This document shows positions 10,236 through 23,857 of a DNA stretch of 39,764 bases, one piece after another. The stretch spans positions 1-39,764 of the forward strand of contig SMMR01000016.1 of NCBI GenBank assembly GCA_012295275.1, read 5' to 3'. Source of the stretch: Chrysomallon squamiferum (taxonomy: Eukaryota; Animalia; Mollusca). Position numbers and translations under genes: made by a program. The notes beneath the pieces are model-generated. The model was not told the origin of the DNA. It saw only the letters and a list, made by a program, of their open reading frames with translations, and did not search any database. How positions within the stretch are numbered: the stretch's first letter is position 1; each line of letters starts with the position of its first letter.

Positions 10236-13200
10236 GATTTTCAAAAATTGAAAATCCGTGTGGCACTATTCCGTGCGGTCGGGAAAAATATTTCAACGTG
10301 TGCAAAAGGTGCGCGCCGTCGGGGCGAGTGTGGCAAAAACGTTTCCAACATTTACCAAAGGTGCTGCCCCTTTTGAAAATGCGTTTGAAAAAAAAACGAG
10401 CAAATTTTCAAAAATATGTGCGTTTTTTGTGCACGTGTCGGAAACGAGTTGTTCCCCTTGGGTGGCGCGTGCGGCACTTTTCACCCGTGTAGGGCAACCT
10501 TTGCCCCACTTTTGGGTATGTGCGCCCGATTTTTCCCACGTGCTCAGAAAAAGTTATTGCACTTTGAAAAAGGTACCCCTAGCATTTTCAACGAAACTTG
10601 AAAAAATTCGATTTTCAAAAATTGAAAATCCGTGTGGCACTATTCCGTGCGGTCGGGAAAAATATTTCAACGTGTGCAAAAGGTGCGCGCCGTCGGGGGC
10701 GAGTGTGGCAAAACGTTTCCAACATTTACCAAAGGTGCTGCACCTTTGAAAATGCGTTTGAAAAAAAAAAACGAGCAAATTTTCAAAAATATGTGCGTTT
10801 TTTGTGCACGTGTCGGAAACGAGTTGTTCCCCTTGGGTGGCGCGTGCGGCACTTTTCACCCGTGTAGGGCAACCTTTGCCCCACTTTTGGGTATGTGCGC
10901 CCGATTTTTCCCACGTGCTCAGAAAAAGTTATTGCACTTTGAAAAAGGTACCCCTAGCATTTTCAACGAAACTTGAAAAAATTCGATTTTCAAAAATTGA
11001 AAATCCGTGTGGCACTATTCCGTGCGGTCGGGAAAAATATTTCAACGTGTGCAAAAGGTGCGCGCCGTCGGGGGGGGAGTGTGGCAAAAACGTTTCCAAC
11101 ATTTTTACCAAAGGTGCTGCACCTTTGAAAATGCGTTTGAAAAAAAAACGAGCAAATTTTCAAAAATATGTGCGTTTTTTGTGCACGTGTCGGAAACGAG
11201 TTGTTCCCCTTGGGTGGCGCGTGCGGCACTTTTCACCCGTGTAGGGCAACCTTTGCCCCACTTTTGGGTATGTGCGCCCGATTTTTCCCACGTGCTCAGA
11301 AAAAGTTATTGCACTTTGAAAAAGGTACCCCCTAGCATTTTCAACGAAACTTGAAAAAATTCGATTTTCAAAAATTTGAAAAAATCCGTGTGGCACTATT
11401 CCGTGCGGTCGGGAAAAATATTTCAACGTGTGCAAAAGGTGCGCGCCGTCGGGGCGAGTGTGGCAAAAACGTTTCCAACATTTTACCAAAGGTGCACCTT
11501 TTGAAAATGCGTTTGAAAAAAAAAAACGAGCAAATTTTCAAAAAATATGTGCGTTTTTGTGCACGTGTCGGAAACGAGTTGTTCCCCTTGGGTGGCGCGT
11601 GCGCACTTTTTTTTTTCACCCGTGTAGGGCAACCTTTGCCCCACTTTTTGGTATATGCGCCCGATTTTTCCCACGTGCTCAGAAAAGTTATGCACTTTGA
11701 AAAGGTACCCCTAGCATTTTCAACGAAACTTGAAAAAATTCGATTTTCAAAAATTGAAAATCCGTGTGGCACTATTCCGTGCGGTCGGGAAAAATATTTC
11801 AACGTGTGCAAAAAGGTGCGCGCCGTCGGGGCGAGTGTGGCAAAAACGTTTCCAACATTTTTACCAAAGGTGCTGCTGCCTTTTGAAAATGCGTTTGAAA
11901 AAAAAACGAGCAAATTTTCAAAAATATGTGCGTTTTTTTTGTGCACGTGTCGGAAACGAGTTGTTCCCCTTGTGGGCGCGTGCGGCACTTTTCACCCGTG
12001 TCGGGCAACCCTTTGCCCCACTTTTGGGTATGTGCGCCCGATTTTTCCCACGTGCTCAGAAAAAGTTATTGCACTTTGAAAAAGGTACCCCTAGCATTTT
12101 CAACGAAACTTGAAAAAATTCGATTTTCAAAAATTGAAAATCCGTGTGGCACTATTCCGTGCGGTCGGGAAAAATATTTTTCAACGTGTGCAAAAGGTGC
12201 GCGCCGTCGGGGGCGAGTGTGGCAAAAACGTTTCCAACATTTTACCAAAGGTGCTGCACCTTTTTTGAAAATGCGAAAAAAAAAAACGAGCAAATTTCAA
12301 AAAAATATGTGTTTTTTTTGTGCACGTGTCGGAAACGAGTTGTTCCCTTTTGGTGGCGCGTGCGGCACTTTTCACCCGTGTGGGGCAACCCTTGCCCCAC
12401 TTTTTTTTTGGGTATGTGCGCCCGATTTTTCCCACGTGCTCAGAAAAAGTTATTGCACTTTGAAAAAGGTACCCCCTAGCATTTTCAACGAAACTTGAAA
12501 AAAATTCGATTTTCAAAAATTGAAAATCCGTGTGGCACTATTCCGTGCGGTCGGGAAAAATATTTCAACGTGTGCAAAAGGTGCGCGCCGTCGGGGCGAG
12601 TGTGGCAAAAAACGTTTCCAACATTTACCAAAGGTGCTGCACCTTTGAAAATGCGTTTGAAAAAAAACGAGCAAATTTTCAAATTTTCAAAAATATGTGC
12701 GTTTTTTTGTGCACGTGTCGGAAACGAGTTGTTCCCCTTGGGTGGCGCGTGCGGCACTTTTTCACCCGTGTCGGGCAACCCTTTGCCCCACTTTTTGGGT
12801 ATGTGCGCCCGATTTTTCCCACGTGCTCAGAAAAAGTTATTGCACTTTTTGAAAAAGGTACCCCTAGCATTTTCAACGAAACTTGAAAAAATTCGATTTT
12901 CAAAAATTGAAAATCCGTGTGGCACTATTCCGTGCGGTCGGGAAAAATATTTCAACGTGTGCAAAAGGTGCGCGCCGTCGGGGCGAGTGTGGCAAAAACG
13001 TTTCCAACATTTACCAAAGGTGCTGCACCTTTTGAAAATGCGTTTGAAAAAAAAAAAACGAGCAAATTTTCAAAAAAATATGTGCGTTTTTTTGTGCACG
13101 TGTCGAAAACGAGTTGTTCCCTTTGGTGGCGCGTGCGGCACTTTTCACCCGTGTCGGGGGCAACCTTTGCCCCACTTTTTGGGATGTGCGCCCGATTTTT

Positions 13201-16200
13201 CCCACGTGCTCAGAAAAAGTTATTGCACTTTGAAAAAAGGTACCCCTAGCATTTTCAACGAAACTTGAAAAAAAATTCGATTTTCAAAAATTGAAAATCC
13301 GTGTGGCACTATTCCGTGCGGTCGGGAAAAATATTTCAACGTGTGCAAAAGGTGCGCGCCGTCGGGGGCGAGTGTGGCAAAAACGTTTCCAACATTTACC
13401 AAAGGTGCTGCACCTTTGAAAATGCAAAAAAAAAAAAAAACGAGCAAATTTTCAAAAAATATGTGTTTTTTTTTGTGCACGTGTCGGAAACGAGTTGTTC
13501 CCCTTTGGGTGGCGCGTGCGGCACTTTTCACCCGTGTCGGGCAACCCTTTGCCCCACTTTTGGGTATGTGCGCCCGATTTTTCCCACGTGCTCAGAAAAA
13601 GTTATTGCATTTTGAAAAAGGTACCCCTAGCATTTTCAACGAAACTTGAAAAAATTCGATTTTCAAAAATTGAAAATCCGTGTGGCACTATTCCGTGCGG
13701 TCGGGAAAAATATTTCAACGTGTGCAAAAGGTGCGCGCCGTCGGGGCGAGTGTGGCAAAAACGTTTCCAACATTTACCAAAGGTGCTGCACCTTTTGAAA
13801 ATGCGAAAAAAAAACGAGCAAATTCAAAAAAATATGTGCGTTTTTGTGCACGTGTCGGAAACGAGTTGTTCCCCTGGGGGTGGCGCGTGCGGCACTTTTT
13901 TTCACCCGTGGGGGCAACCCTTGCCCCACTTTTGGGTATGTGCGCCCGATTTTTCCCACGTGCTCAGAAAAAGTTATTGCACTTTGAAAAAGGTACCCCT
14001 AGCATTTTCAACGAAACTTGAAAAAATTCGATTTTCAAAAATTGAAAATCCGTGTGGCACTATTCCGTGCGGTCGGGAAAAATATTTCAACGTGTGCAAA
14101 AGGTGCGCGCCGTCGGGGCGAGTGTGGCAAAAACGTTTCCAACATTTACCAAAGGTGCTGCACCTTTGAAAATGCGTAAAAAAAAAAAAACGAGCAAATT
14201 TTCAAAAAATATGTGCGTTTTTTTGTGCACGTGTCGGAAACGAGTTGTTCCCCTTTGGGTGGCGCGTGCGGCACTTTTCACCCGTGTCGGGCAACCCTTT
14301 GCCCCACTTTTTTTGGGTATGTGCGCCCGATTTTTCCCACGTGCTCAGAAAAAGTTATTGCACTTTGAAAAAGGTACCCCTAGCATTTTCAACGAAACTT
14401 GAAAAAATTCGATTTTCAAAAATTGAAAATCCGTGTGGCACTATTCCGTGCGGTCGGGAAAAATATTTCAACGTAAAAAAAAAAGGTGCGCGCCGTCGGG
14501 GCGAGTGTGGCAAAAACGTTTCCAACATTTTTACCAAAGGTGCTGCACCTTTTGAAAATGCGTTGAAAAAAAAAAACGAGCAAATTTTCAAAAAAAATAT
14601 GTTTTTTTTGTGCACGTGTCGGAAACGAGTTGTTCCTGGGTGGGGCGTGCGGCACTTTTCACCCGTGTCGGGCAACCCCTTGCCCCACTTTTGGGTATGT
14701 GCGCCCGATTTTTCCCACGTGCTCAGAAAAAGTTATTGCACTTTGAAAAAAAAGGTACCCCTAGCATTTTCAACGAAACTTGAAAAATTCGATTTTCAAA
14801 AATTGAAAAAATCCGTGTGGCACTATTCCGTGCGGTCGGGAAAAATATTTCAACGTGTGCAAAAGGTGCGCGCCGTCGGGGCGAGTGTGGCAAAAACGTT
14901 TCCAACATTTACCAAAGGTGCTGCACCTTTTGAAAATGCGAAAAAAAAAAAACGAGCAAATTTTCAAAAAAATATGTTTTTTTTTTTGTGCACGTGTCGG
15001 AAAAACGAGTTGTTCCCCTTGGGTGGCGCGTGCGGCACTTTTCACCCGTGTCGGGCAACCCTTTGCCCCACTTTTGGGTATGTGCGCCCGATTTTTCCCA
15101 CGTGCTCAGAAAAAGTTATTGCACTTTGAAAAAGGTACCCTAGCATTTTCAACGAAACTTGAAAAATCGATTTTCAAAAATTGAAAATCCGTGTGGCACT
15201 ATTCCGTGCGGTCGGGAAAAATATTTCAACGTGCAAAAAAGGTGCGCGCCGTCGGGGCGAGAAAAAAAAAAAACGTTTCCAACATTTTTACCAAAGGTGC
15301 TGCTGCTTTTGAAAATGCGTTGAAAAAAAAAAAAAACGAGCAAATTCAAAAAAAATATGTGCGTTTTTGTGCACGTGTCGGAAACGAGTTGTTCCCCTTG
15401 GGTGGCGCGTGCGGCACTTTTCACCCGTGTCGGGCAACCCTTGCCCCACTTTTTGGGTATGTGCGCCCGATTTTTCCCACGTGCTCAGAAAAAGTTATTG
15501 CACTTTGAAAAAAGGTACCCCTAGCATTTTCAACGAAACTTGAAAAATTCGATTTTCAAAAATTGAAAATCCGTGTGGCACTATTCCGTGCGGTCGGGAA
15601 AAATATTTCAACGTGTGCAAAAGGTGCGCGCCGTCGGGGCGAGTGTGGCAAAAACGTTTCCAACATTTACCAAAGGTGCTGCACCTTTTGAAAATGCGTT
15701 TGAAAAAAAAACGAGCAAATTTTCAAAAATATGTGCGTTTTTTGTGCACGTGTCGGAAACGAGTTGTTCCCCTTGGGTGGCGCGTGCGGCACTTTTCACC
15801 CGTGTAGGGCAACCCTTGCCCCACTTTTGGGTATGTGCGCCCGATTTTTCCCACGTGCACAGAAAAAGTTATTGCACTTTGAAAAAGGTACCCCTAGCAT
15901 TTTCAACGAAACTTGAAAAAATTCGATTTTCAAAAGTTGAAAATCCGTGTGGCACTATTCCGTCCTGTCGGGAAAAATATTTCAACGTGTGCAAAAGGTG
16001 CGCGCCGTCGGGGCGAGTGTGGCAAAAACGTTTCCAACATTTACCAAAGGTGCTGCACCTTTTGAAAATGCGTTTGAAAAAAAAACGAGCAAATTTTCAA
16101 AAATATGTGCGTTTTTTGTGCACGTGTCGGAAACGAGTTGTTCCCCTTGGGTGGGGCGTGCGGCACTTTTCACCCGTGTAGGGCAACCCTTGCCCCACTT

Positions 16201-19200
16201 TTGGGTATGTGCGCCCGATTTTTCCCACGTGCTCAGAAAAAGTTATTGCACTTTGAAAAAGGTACCCCTAGCATTTTCAACGAAACTTGAAAAAATTCGA
16301 TTTTCAAAAATTGAAAATCCGTGTGGCACTATTCCGTGCGGTCGGGAAAAATATTTCAACGTGCAAAAGGTGCGCGCCGTCGGGGCGAGTGTGGCAAAAA
16401 CGTTTCCAACATTTTACCAAAGGTGCTGCACCTTTTGAAAATGCGTTTGAAAAAAAAACGAGCAAATTTTCAAAAAAATATGTGCGTTTTTTTGTGCACG
16501 TGTCGGAAACGAGTTGTTCCCCTTTGGGTGGGGCGTGCGGCACTTTTCACCCGTGTCGGGCAACCCTTTGCCCCACTTTTGGGTATGTGCGCCCGATTTT
16601 TCCCACGTGCTCAGAAAAAGTTATTGCACTTTGAAAAAAAGGTACCCCTAGCATTTTCAACGAAACTGAAAAAAAATTCGATTTTCAAAAATTGAAAATC
16701 CGTGTGGCACTATTCCGTGCGGTCGGGAAAAATATTTCAACGTGTGCAAAAAGGTGCGCGCCGTCGGGGCGAGGTGGCAAAAACGTTTCCAACATTTACC
16801 AAAGGTGCTGCACCTTTTGAAAATGCGTTTGAAAAAAAAAACGAGCAAATTTTCAAAAAAATATGTGCGTTTTTTGTGCACGTGTCGGAAACGAGTTGTT
16901 CCCCTTGGGTGGGGCGTGCGGCACTTTTCACCCGTGTAGGGCAACCCTTGCCCCACTTTTGGGTATGTGCGCCCTATTTTTCCCACGTGCTCAGAAAAAG
17001 TTATTGCACTTTGAATAAGGTACCCCTAGCATTTTCAACGAAACTTGAAAAAATTCGATTTTCAAAAATTGAAAATCCGTGTGGCACTATTCCGTGCGGT
17101 CGGGAAAAATATTTCAACGTGTGCAAAAGGTGCGCGCCGTCGGGGCGAGTGTGGCAAAAACGTTTCCAACATTTACCAAAGGTGCTGCACCTTTTGAAAA
17201 TGCGTTTGAAAAAAAAACGAGCAAATTTTCAAAAATATGTGCGTTTTTTGTGCACGTGTCGGAAACGAGTTGTTCCCCTTGGGTGGCGCGTGCGGCACTT
17301 TTCACCCGTGTCGGGCAACCCTTGCCCCACTTTTGGGTATGTGCGCCCGATTTTTCCCACGTGCACAGAAAAAGTTATTGCACTTTGAAAAAGGTACCCC
17401 TAGCATTTTCAACGAAACTTGAAAAAATTCGATTTTCAAAAGTTGAAAATCCGTGTGGCACTATTCCGTGCGGTCGGGAAAAATATTTCAACGTGTGCAA
17501 AAGGTGCGCGCCGTCGGGGCGAGTGTGGCAAAATGGTTTCCAACATTTTCCAAAGGTGCTGCACCTTTAGAAAATGCGTTTGAAAAAAAAACGAGCAAAT
17601 TTTCAAAAATATGTGCGTTTTTTGTGCACGTGTCGGAAACGAGTTGTTCCCCTTGGGTGGGGCGTGCGGCACTTTTGACCCGTGTCGGGCAACCCTTGCC
17701 CCACTTTTGGGTATGTGCGCCCGATTTTTCCCACGTGCACAGAAAAAGTTATTGCACTTTGAAAAAGGTACCCCTAGCATTTTCAACGAAACTTGAAAAA
17801 ATTCGATTTTCAAAAATTGAAAATCCGTGTGGCACTATTCCGTGCGGTCGGGAAAAATATTTCAACGTGTGCAAAAGGTGCGCGCCGTCGGGGCGAGTGT
17901 GGCAAAAACGTTTCCAACATTTACCAAAGGTGCTGCACCTTTTGAAAATGCGTTTGAAAAAAAAAAAAACGAGCAAATTTTCAAAAAAAATATGCGTTTT
18001 TTTGTGCACGTGTCGGAAACGAGTTGTTCCCCTTGGGTGGGGCGTGCGGCACTTTTGACCCCGTGTCGGGGCAAACCCTTTGCCCCACTTTTGGGTATGT
18101 GCGCCCGATTTTTCCCACGTGCTCAGAAAAAGTTATTGCACTTTGAAAAAAGGTACCCCTAGCATTTTCAACGAAACTTGAAAAATTCGATTTTCAAAAA
18201 AATTGAAAATCCGTGTGGTGGCACTATTCCGTGTGGTCGGGAAAAATATTTCAACGTGCAAAAGGTGCGCGCCGTCGGGGGGCGAGTGTGGCAAAAACGT
18301 TTCCAACATTTACCAAAGGTGCTGCACCTTTTGAAAATGCGTTTGAAAAAAAAAAAAAACGAGCAAATTTTCAAAAACATGTGCGTTTTTGTGCACGTGT
18401 CGGAAACGAGTTGTTCCCCTTGGGTGGGGCGTGCGGCACTTTTGACCCGTGTCGGGCAACCCTTGCCCCACTTTTTTGGGTATGTGCGCCCGATTTTTCC
18501 CACGTGCTCAGAAAAAGTTATTGCACTTTGAAAAAGGTACCCCTAGCATTTTCAACGAAACTTGAAAAAATTCGATTTCAAAAAAAATTGAAAATCCGTG
18601 TGGCACTATTCCGTGTGGTCGGGAAAAATATTTCGACGTGTGCAAAAGGTGCGCGCCGTCGGGGGGGCGAGTGTGGCAAAAACGTTTCCAACATTTTACC
18701 AAAGGTGCTGCACCTTTGAAAAATGCGTTTGAAAAAAAACGAGCAAATTTCAAAAAAACATGTGTTTTTTTGTGCACGTGTCGGAAACGAGTTGTTCCCC
18801 TTGGGTGGGGCGTGCGGCACTTTTGACCCGTGTCGGGCAACCCTTGCCCCACTTTTTGGGTATGTGCGCCCGATTTTTCCCACGTGCTCAGAAAAAGTTA
18901 TTGCACTTTGAAAAAGGTACCCCTAGCATTTTCAACGAAACTTGAAAAAATTCGATTTTCAAAAATTGAAAATCCGTGTGGCACTATTCCGTGTGGTCGG
19001 GAAAAATATTTCGACGTGTGCAAAAGGTGCGCGCCGTCGGGGCGAGTGTGGCAAAAACGTTTCCAACATTTTACCAAAGGTGCTGCGCACCTTTTGAAAA
19101 TGCGTTTGAAAAAAAAACGAGCAAATTTTCAAAAAAACATGTGCGTTTTTTGTGCACGTGTCGGAAACGAGTTGTTCCCCTTGGGTGGGGCGTGCGGCAC

Positions 19201-22200
19201 TTTTGACCCGTGTCGGGCAACCCTTGCCCCACTTTTGGGTATGTGCGCCCGATTTTTCCCACGTGCTCAGAAAAAGTTATTGCACTTTGAAAAAAAGGTA
19301 CCCCTAGCATTTTCAACGAAACTTGAAAAAATTCGATTTTCAAAAATTGAAAATCCGTGTGGCACTATTCCGTGTGGTCGGGAAAAATATTTCGACGTGT
19401 GCAAAAGGTGCGCGCCGTCGGGGGGCGAGTGTGGCAAAAACGTTTCCAACATTTTACCAAAGGTGCTGCACCTTTTGAAAATGCGTTGAAAAAAAAAAAC
19501 GAGCAAATTTTCAAAAACATGTGCGTTTTTTGTGCACGTGTCGGAAACGAGTTGTTCCCCTTGGGTGGGGCGTGCGGCACTTTTGACCCGTGTCGGGCAA
19601 CCCTTGCCCCACTTTTGGGTATGTGCGCCCGATTTTTCCCACGTGCTCAGAAAAAGTTATTGCACTTTGAAAAAGGTACCCCTAGCATTTTCAACGAAAC
19701 TTGAAAAAATTCGATTTTCAAAAATTGAAAATCCGTGTGGCACTATTCCGTTTGGTCGGGAAAAATATTTCGACGTGTGCAAAAGGTGCGCGCCGTCGGG
19801 GCGAGTGTGGCAAAAACGTTTCCAACATTTACCAAAGGTGCTGCACCTTTTGAAAATGCGTTTGAAAAAAAAAAAAACGAGCAAATTTTCAAAAACATGT
19901 GCGTTTTTTTTTGTGCACGTGTCGGAAACGAGTTGTTCCCCTTGGGTGGGGCGTGCGGCACTTTTGACCCGTGTCGGGCAACCTTTTGCCCACTTTTGGG
20001 TATGTGCGCCCGATTTTTCCCACGTGCTCGGAAAAGTTATTGCACTTTGAAAAAGGTACCCCTAGCATTTTCAACGAAACTTGAAAAATTCGATTTTCAA
20101 AAATTGAAAATCCGTGTGGCACTATTCCGTTTGGTCGGGAAAAATATTTCGACGTGTGCAAAAGGTGCGCGCCGTCGGGGGGGCGAGTGTGGCAAAAACG
20201 TTTCCAACATTTTACCAAAGGTGCTGCCTTTTGAAAATGCGTTTTGAAAAAAACGAGCAAATTTTCAAAAAACATGTGCGTTTTTGTGCACGTGTCGGAA
20301 ACGAGTTGTTCCCCTTGGGTGGGGCGTGCGGCACTTTTGACCCGTGTCGGGCAACCCTTGCCCCACTTTTGGGTATGTGCGCCCGATTTTTCCCACGTGC
20401 TCGGAAAAAGTTATTGCACTTTGAAAAAGGTACCCCTAGCATTTTCAACGAAACTTGAAAAAATTCGATTTTCAAAATTGAAAATCCGTGTGGCACTATT
20501 CCGTTTGGTCGGGAAAAATATTTCGACGTGTGCAAAAGGTGCGCGCCGTCGGGGCGAGTGTGGCAAAAACGTTTCCAACATTTTACCAAAGGTGCTGCAC
20601 CTTTTGAAAATGCGTTTGAAAAAAAAACGAGCAAATTTTCAAAAACATGTGCGTTTTTTGTGCACGTGTCGGAAACGAGTTGTTCCCCTTGGGTGGGGCG
20701 TGCGCACTTTTTTGACCCGTGTCGGGCAACCCTTGCCCCACTTTTGGGTATGTGCGCCCGATTTTTCCCACGTGCTCGGAAAAAGTTATTGCACTTTGAA
20801 AAAAAAAGGTACCCCTAGCATTTTTCAACGAAACTTGAAAAAATTCGATTTTCAAAAAAATTGAAAATCCGTGTGGCACTATTCCGTTTGGTCGGGAAAA
20901 ATATTTCGACGTGTGCAAAAGGTGCGCGCCGTCGGGGCGAGTGTGGCAAAAACGTTTCCAACATTTACCAAAGGTGCTGCACCTTTTGAAAATGCGTTTG
21001 AAAAAAAAACGAGCAAATTTTCAAAAAAACATGTGCGTTTTTGTGCACGTGTCGGAAACGAGTTGTTCCCCTTGGGTGGGGCGTGCGGCACTTTTGACCC
21101 GTGTCGGGCAACCCTTGCTTACTTTTGGGTATGTGCGCCCGATTTTTCCCACGTGCTCGGAAAAAGTTATTGCACTTTGAAAAAGGTACCCCTAGCATTT
21201 TCAACGAAACTTGAAAAAATTCGATTTTCAAAAGTTGAAAATCCGTGTGGCACTATTCCGTTTGGTCGGGAAAAATATTTCGACGTGTGCAAAAGGTGCG
21301 CGCCGTCGGGGCGAGTGTGGCAAAAACGTTTCCAACATTTACCAAAGGTGCTGCACCTTTTGAAAATGCGTTTGAAAAAAAAAAACGAGCAAATTTTCAA
21401 AAACATGTGCGTTTTTTGTGCACGTGTCGGAAACGAGTTGTTCCCCTTGGGTGGGGCGTGCGGCACTTTTGACCCGTGTCGGGCAACCCTTGCCCCACTT
21501 TTGGGTATGTGCGCCCGATTTTTCCCACGTGCTCGGAAAAAGTTATTGCACTTTGAAAAAAGGTACCCCTAGCATTTTCAACGAAACTTGAAAAATTCGA
21601 TTTTCAAAAGTTGAAAATCCGTGTGGCACTATTCCGTTTGGTCGGGAAAAATATTTCGACGTGTGCAAAAGGTGCGCGCCGTCGGGGCGAGTGTGGCAAA
21701 AACGTTTCCAACATTTTACCAAAGGTGCTGCACCTTTTGAAAATGCGTTTGAAAAAAAAACGAGCAAATTTTCAAAAACATGTGCGTTTTTTGTGCACGT
21801 GTCGGAAACGAGTTGTTCCCCTTGGGTGGGGCGTGCGGCACTTTTGACCCGTGTCGGGCAACCCTTGCCCCACTTTTGGGTATGTGCGCCCGATTTTTCC
21901 CACGTGCTCGGAAAAAGTTATTGCACTTTGAAAAAGGTACCCCTAGCATTTTCAACGAAACTTGAAAAAATTCGATTTTCAAAAGTTGAAAATCCGTGTG
22001 GCACTATTCCGTTTGGTCGGGAAAAATATTTCGACGTGTGCAAAAGGTGCGCGCCGTCGGGGGGCGAGTGTGGCAAAAACGTTTCCAACATTTACCAAAG
22101 GTGCTGCACCTTTTGAAAATGCGTTTGAAAAAAAAACGAGCAAATTTTCAAAAACATGTGCGTTTTTTGTGCACGTGTCGGAAACGAGTTGTTCCCCTTG

Positions 22201-23857
22201 GGTGGGGCGTGCGGCACTTTTGACCCGTGTCGGGCAACCCTTGCCTTACTTTTGGGTATGTGCGCCCGATTTTTCCACGTGCTCGGAAAAAGTTATTGCA
22301 CTTTGAAAAAGGTACCCCTAGCATTTTCAACGAAACTTGAAAAAATTCGATTTTCAAAGTTGAAAATCCGTGTGGCACTATTCCGTTTGGTCGGGAAAAA
22401 TATTTCGACGTGTGCAAAAGGTGCGCGCCGTCGGGGCGAGTGTGGCAAAAACGTTTCCAACATTTACCAAAGGTGCTGCACCTTTTGAAAATGCGTTTGA
22501 AAAAAAAAACGAGCAAATTTTCAAAAACATGTGCGTTTTTTGTGCACGTGTCGGAAACGAGTTGTTCCCCTTGGGTGGGGCGTGCGGCACTTTTGACCCG
22601 TGTCGGGCAACCCTTGCCCCACTTTTGGGTATGTGCGCCCGATTTTTCCACGTGCTCGGAAAAAGTTATTGCACTTTGAAAAAGGTACCCCTAGCATTTT
22701 CAACGAAACTTGAAAAATTCGATTTTCAAAAGTTGAAAATCCGTGTGGCACTATTCCGTTTGGTCGGGAAAAATATTTCGACGTGTGCAAAAGGTGCGCG
22801 CCGCCGTCGGGGCGAGTGTGGCAAAAGCGTTTCCAACATTTACCAAAGGTGCTGCACCTTTTGAAAATGCGTTTGAAAAAAAAAAAACGAGCAAATTTTC
22901 AAAAACATGTGCGTTTTTGTGCACGTGTCGGAAACGAGTTGTTCCCCTTAGGGTGGGGCGTGCGGCACTTTTGACCCGTGTCGGGCAACCCTTGCCCCAC
23001 TTTTGGGTATGTGCGCCCGATTTTTCCCCGTGCTCGGAAAAGTTATTGCACTTTGAAAAAGGTACCCCTAGCATTTTCAACGAAACTTGAAAAAATTCGA
23101 TTTTCAAAAGTTGAAAATCCGTGTGGCACTATTCCGTTTGGTCGGGAAAAATATTTCGACGTGTGCAAAAGGTGCGCGCCGTCGGGGCGAGTGTGGCAAA
23201 AGCGTTTCCAACATTTACCAAAGGTGCTGCACCTTTTGAAAATGCGTTTGAAAAAAAAAAACGAGCAAATTTTCAAAAACATGTGCGTTTTTTTGTGCAC
23301 GTGTCGGAAACGAGTTGTTCCCCTTAGGTGGGGCGTGCGGCACTTTTGACCCGTGTCGGGCAACCCTTGCCCCACTTTTTGGGTATGTGCGCCCGATTTT
23401 TCCCACGTGCTCGGAAAAAGTTATTGCACTTTGAAAAAGGTACCCCTAGCATTTTCAACGAAACTTGAAAAATTCGATTTTCAAAAGTTGAAAATCCGTG
23501 TGGCACTATTCCGTTTGGTCGGGAAAAATATTTCGACGTGTGCAAAAGGTGCGCGCCGTCGGGGGGGGAGTAAGTGGCAAAAGCGTTTCCAACATTTACC
23601 AAAGGTGCTGCACCTTTTGAAAATGCGTTTGAAAAAAAAACGAGCAAATTTTCAAAAAAACATGTGCGTTTTTTGTGCACGTGTCGGAAACGAGTTGTTC
23701 CCCTTAGGGTGGGGCGTGCGGCACTTTTGACCCGTGTCGGGCAACCCTTGCCCCACTTTTTTGGGTATGTGCGCCCGATTTTTCCACGTGCTCGGAAAAA
23801 GTTATTGCACTTTGAAAAAGGTACCCCTAGCATTTTCAACGAAACTTGAAAAAATTC
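10236..23857. repeat. Satellite transition domain (monomers 28-63) with stepwise A-to-B substitutions
   Basis: Marked by the intermediate allele cactAttcc (first at 10268, last ~23508). Other sites switch in turn at ~10742, 12002, 16155-17661, 17677, 18234, 18378, 18635, 19752, 20030, 21234 and 22827. Confidence 0.88.
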
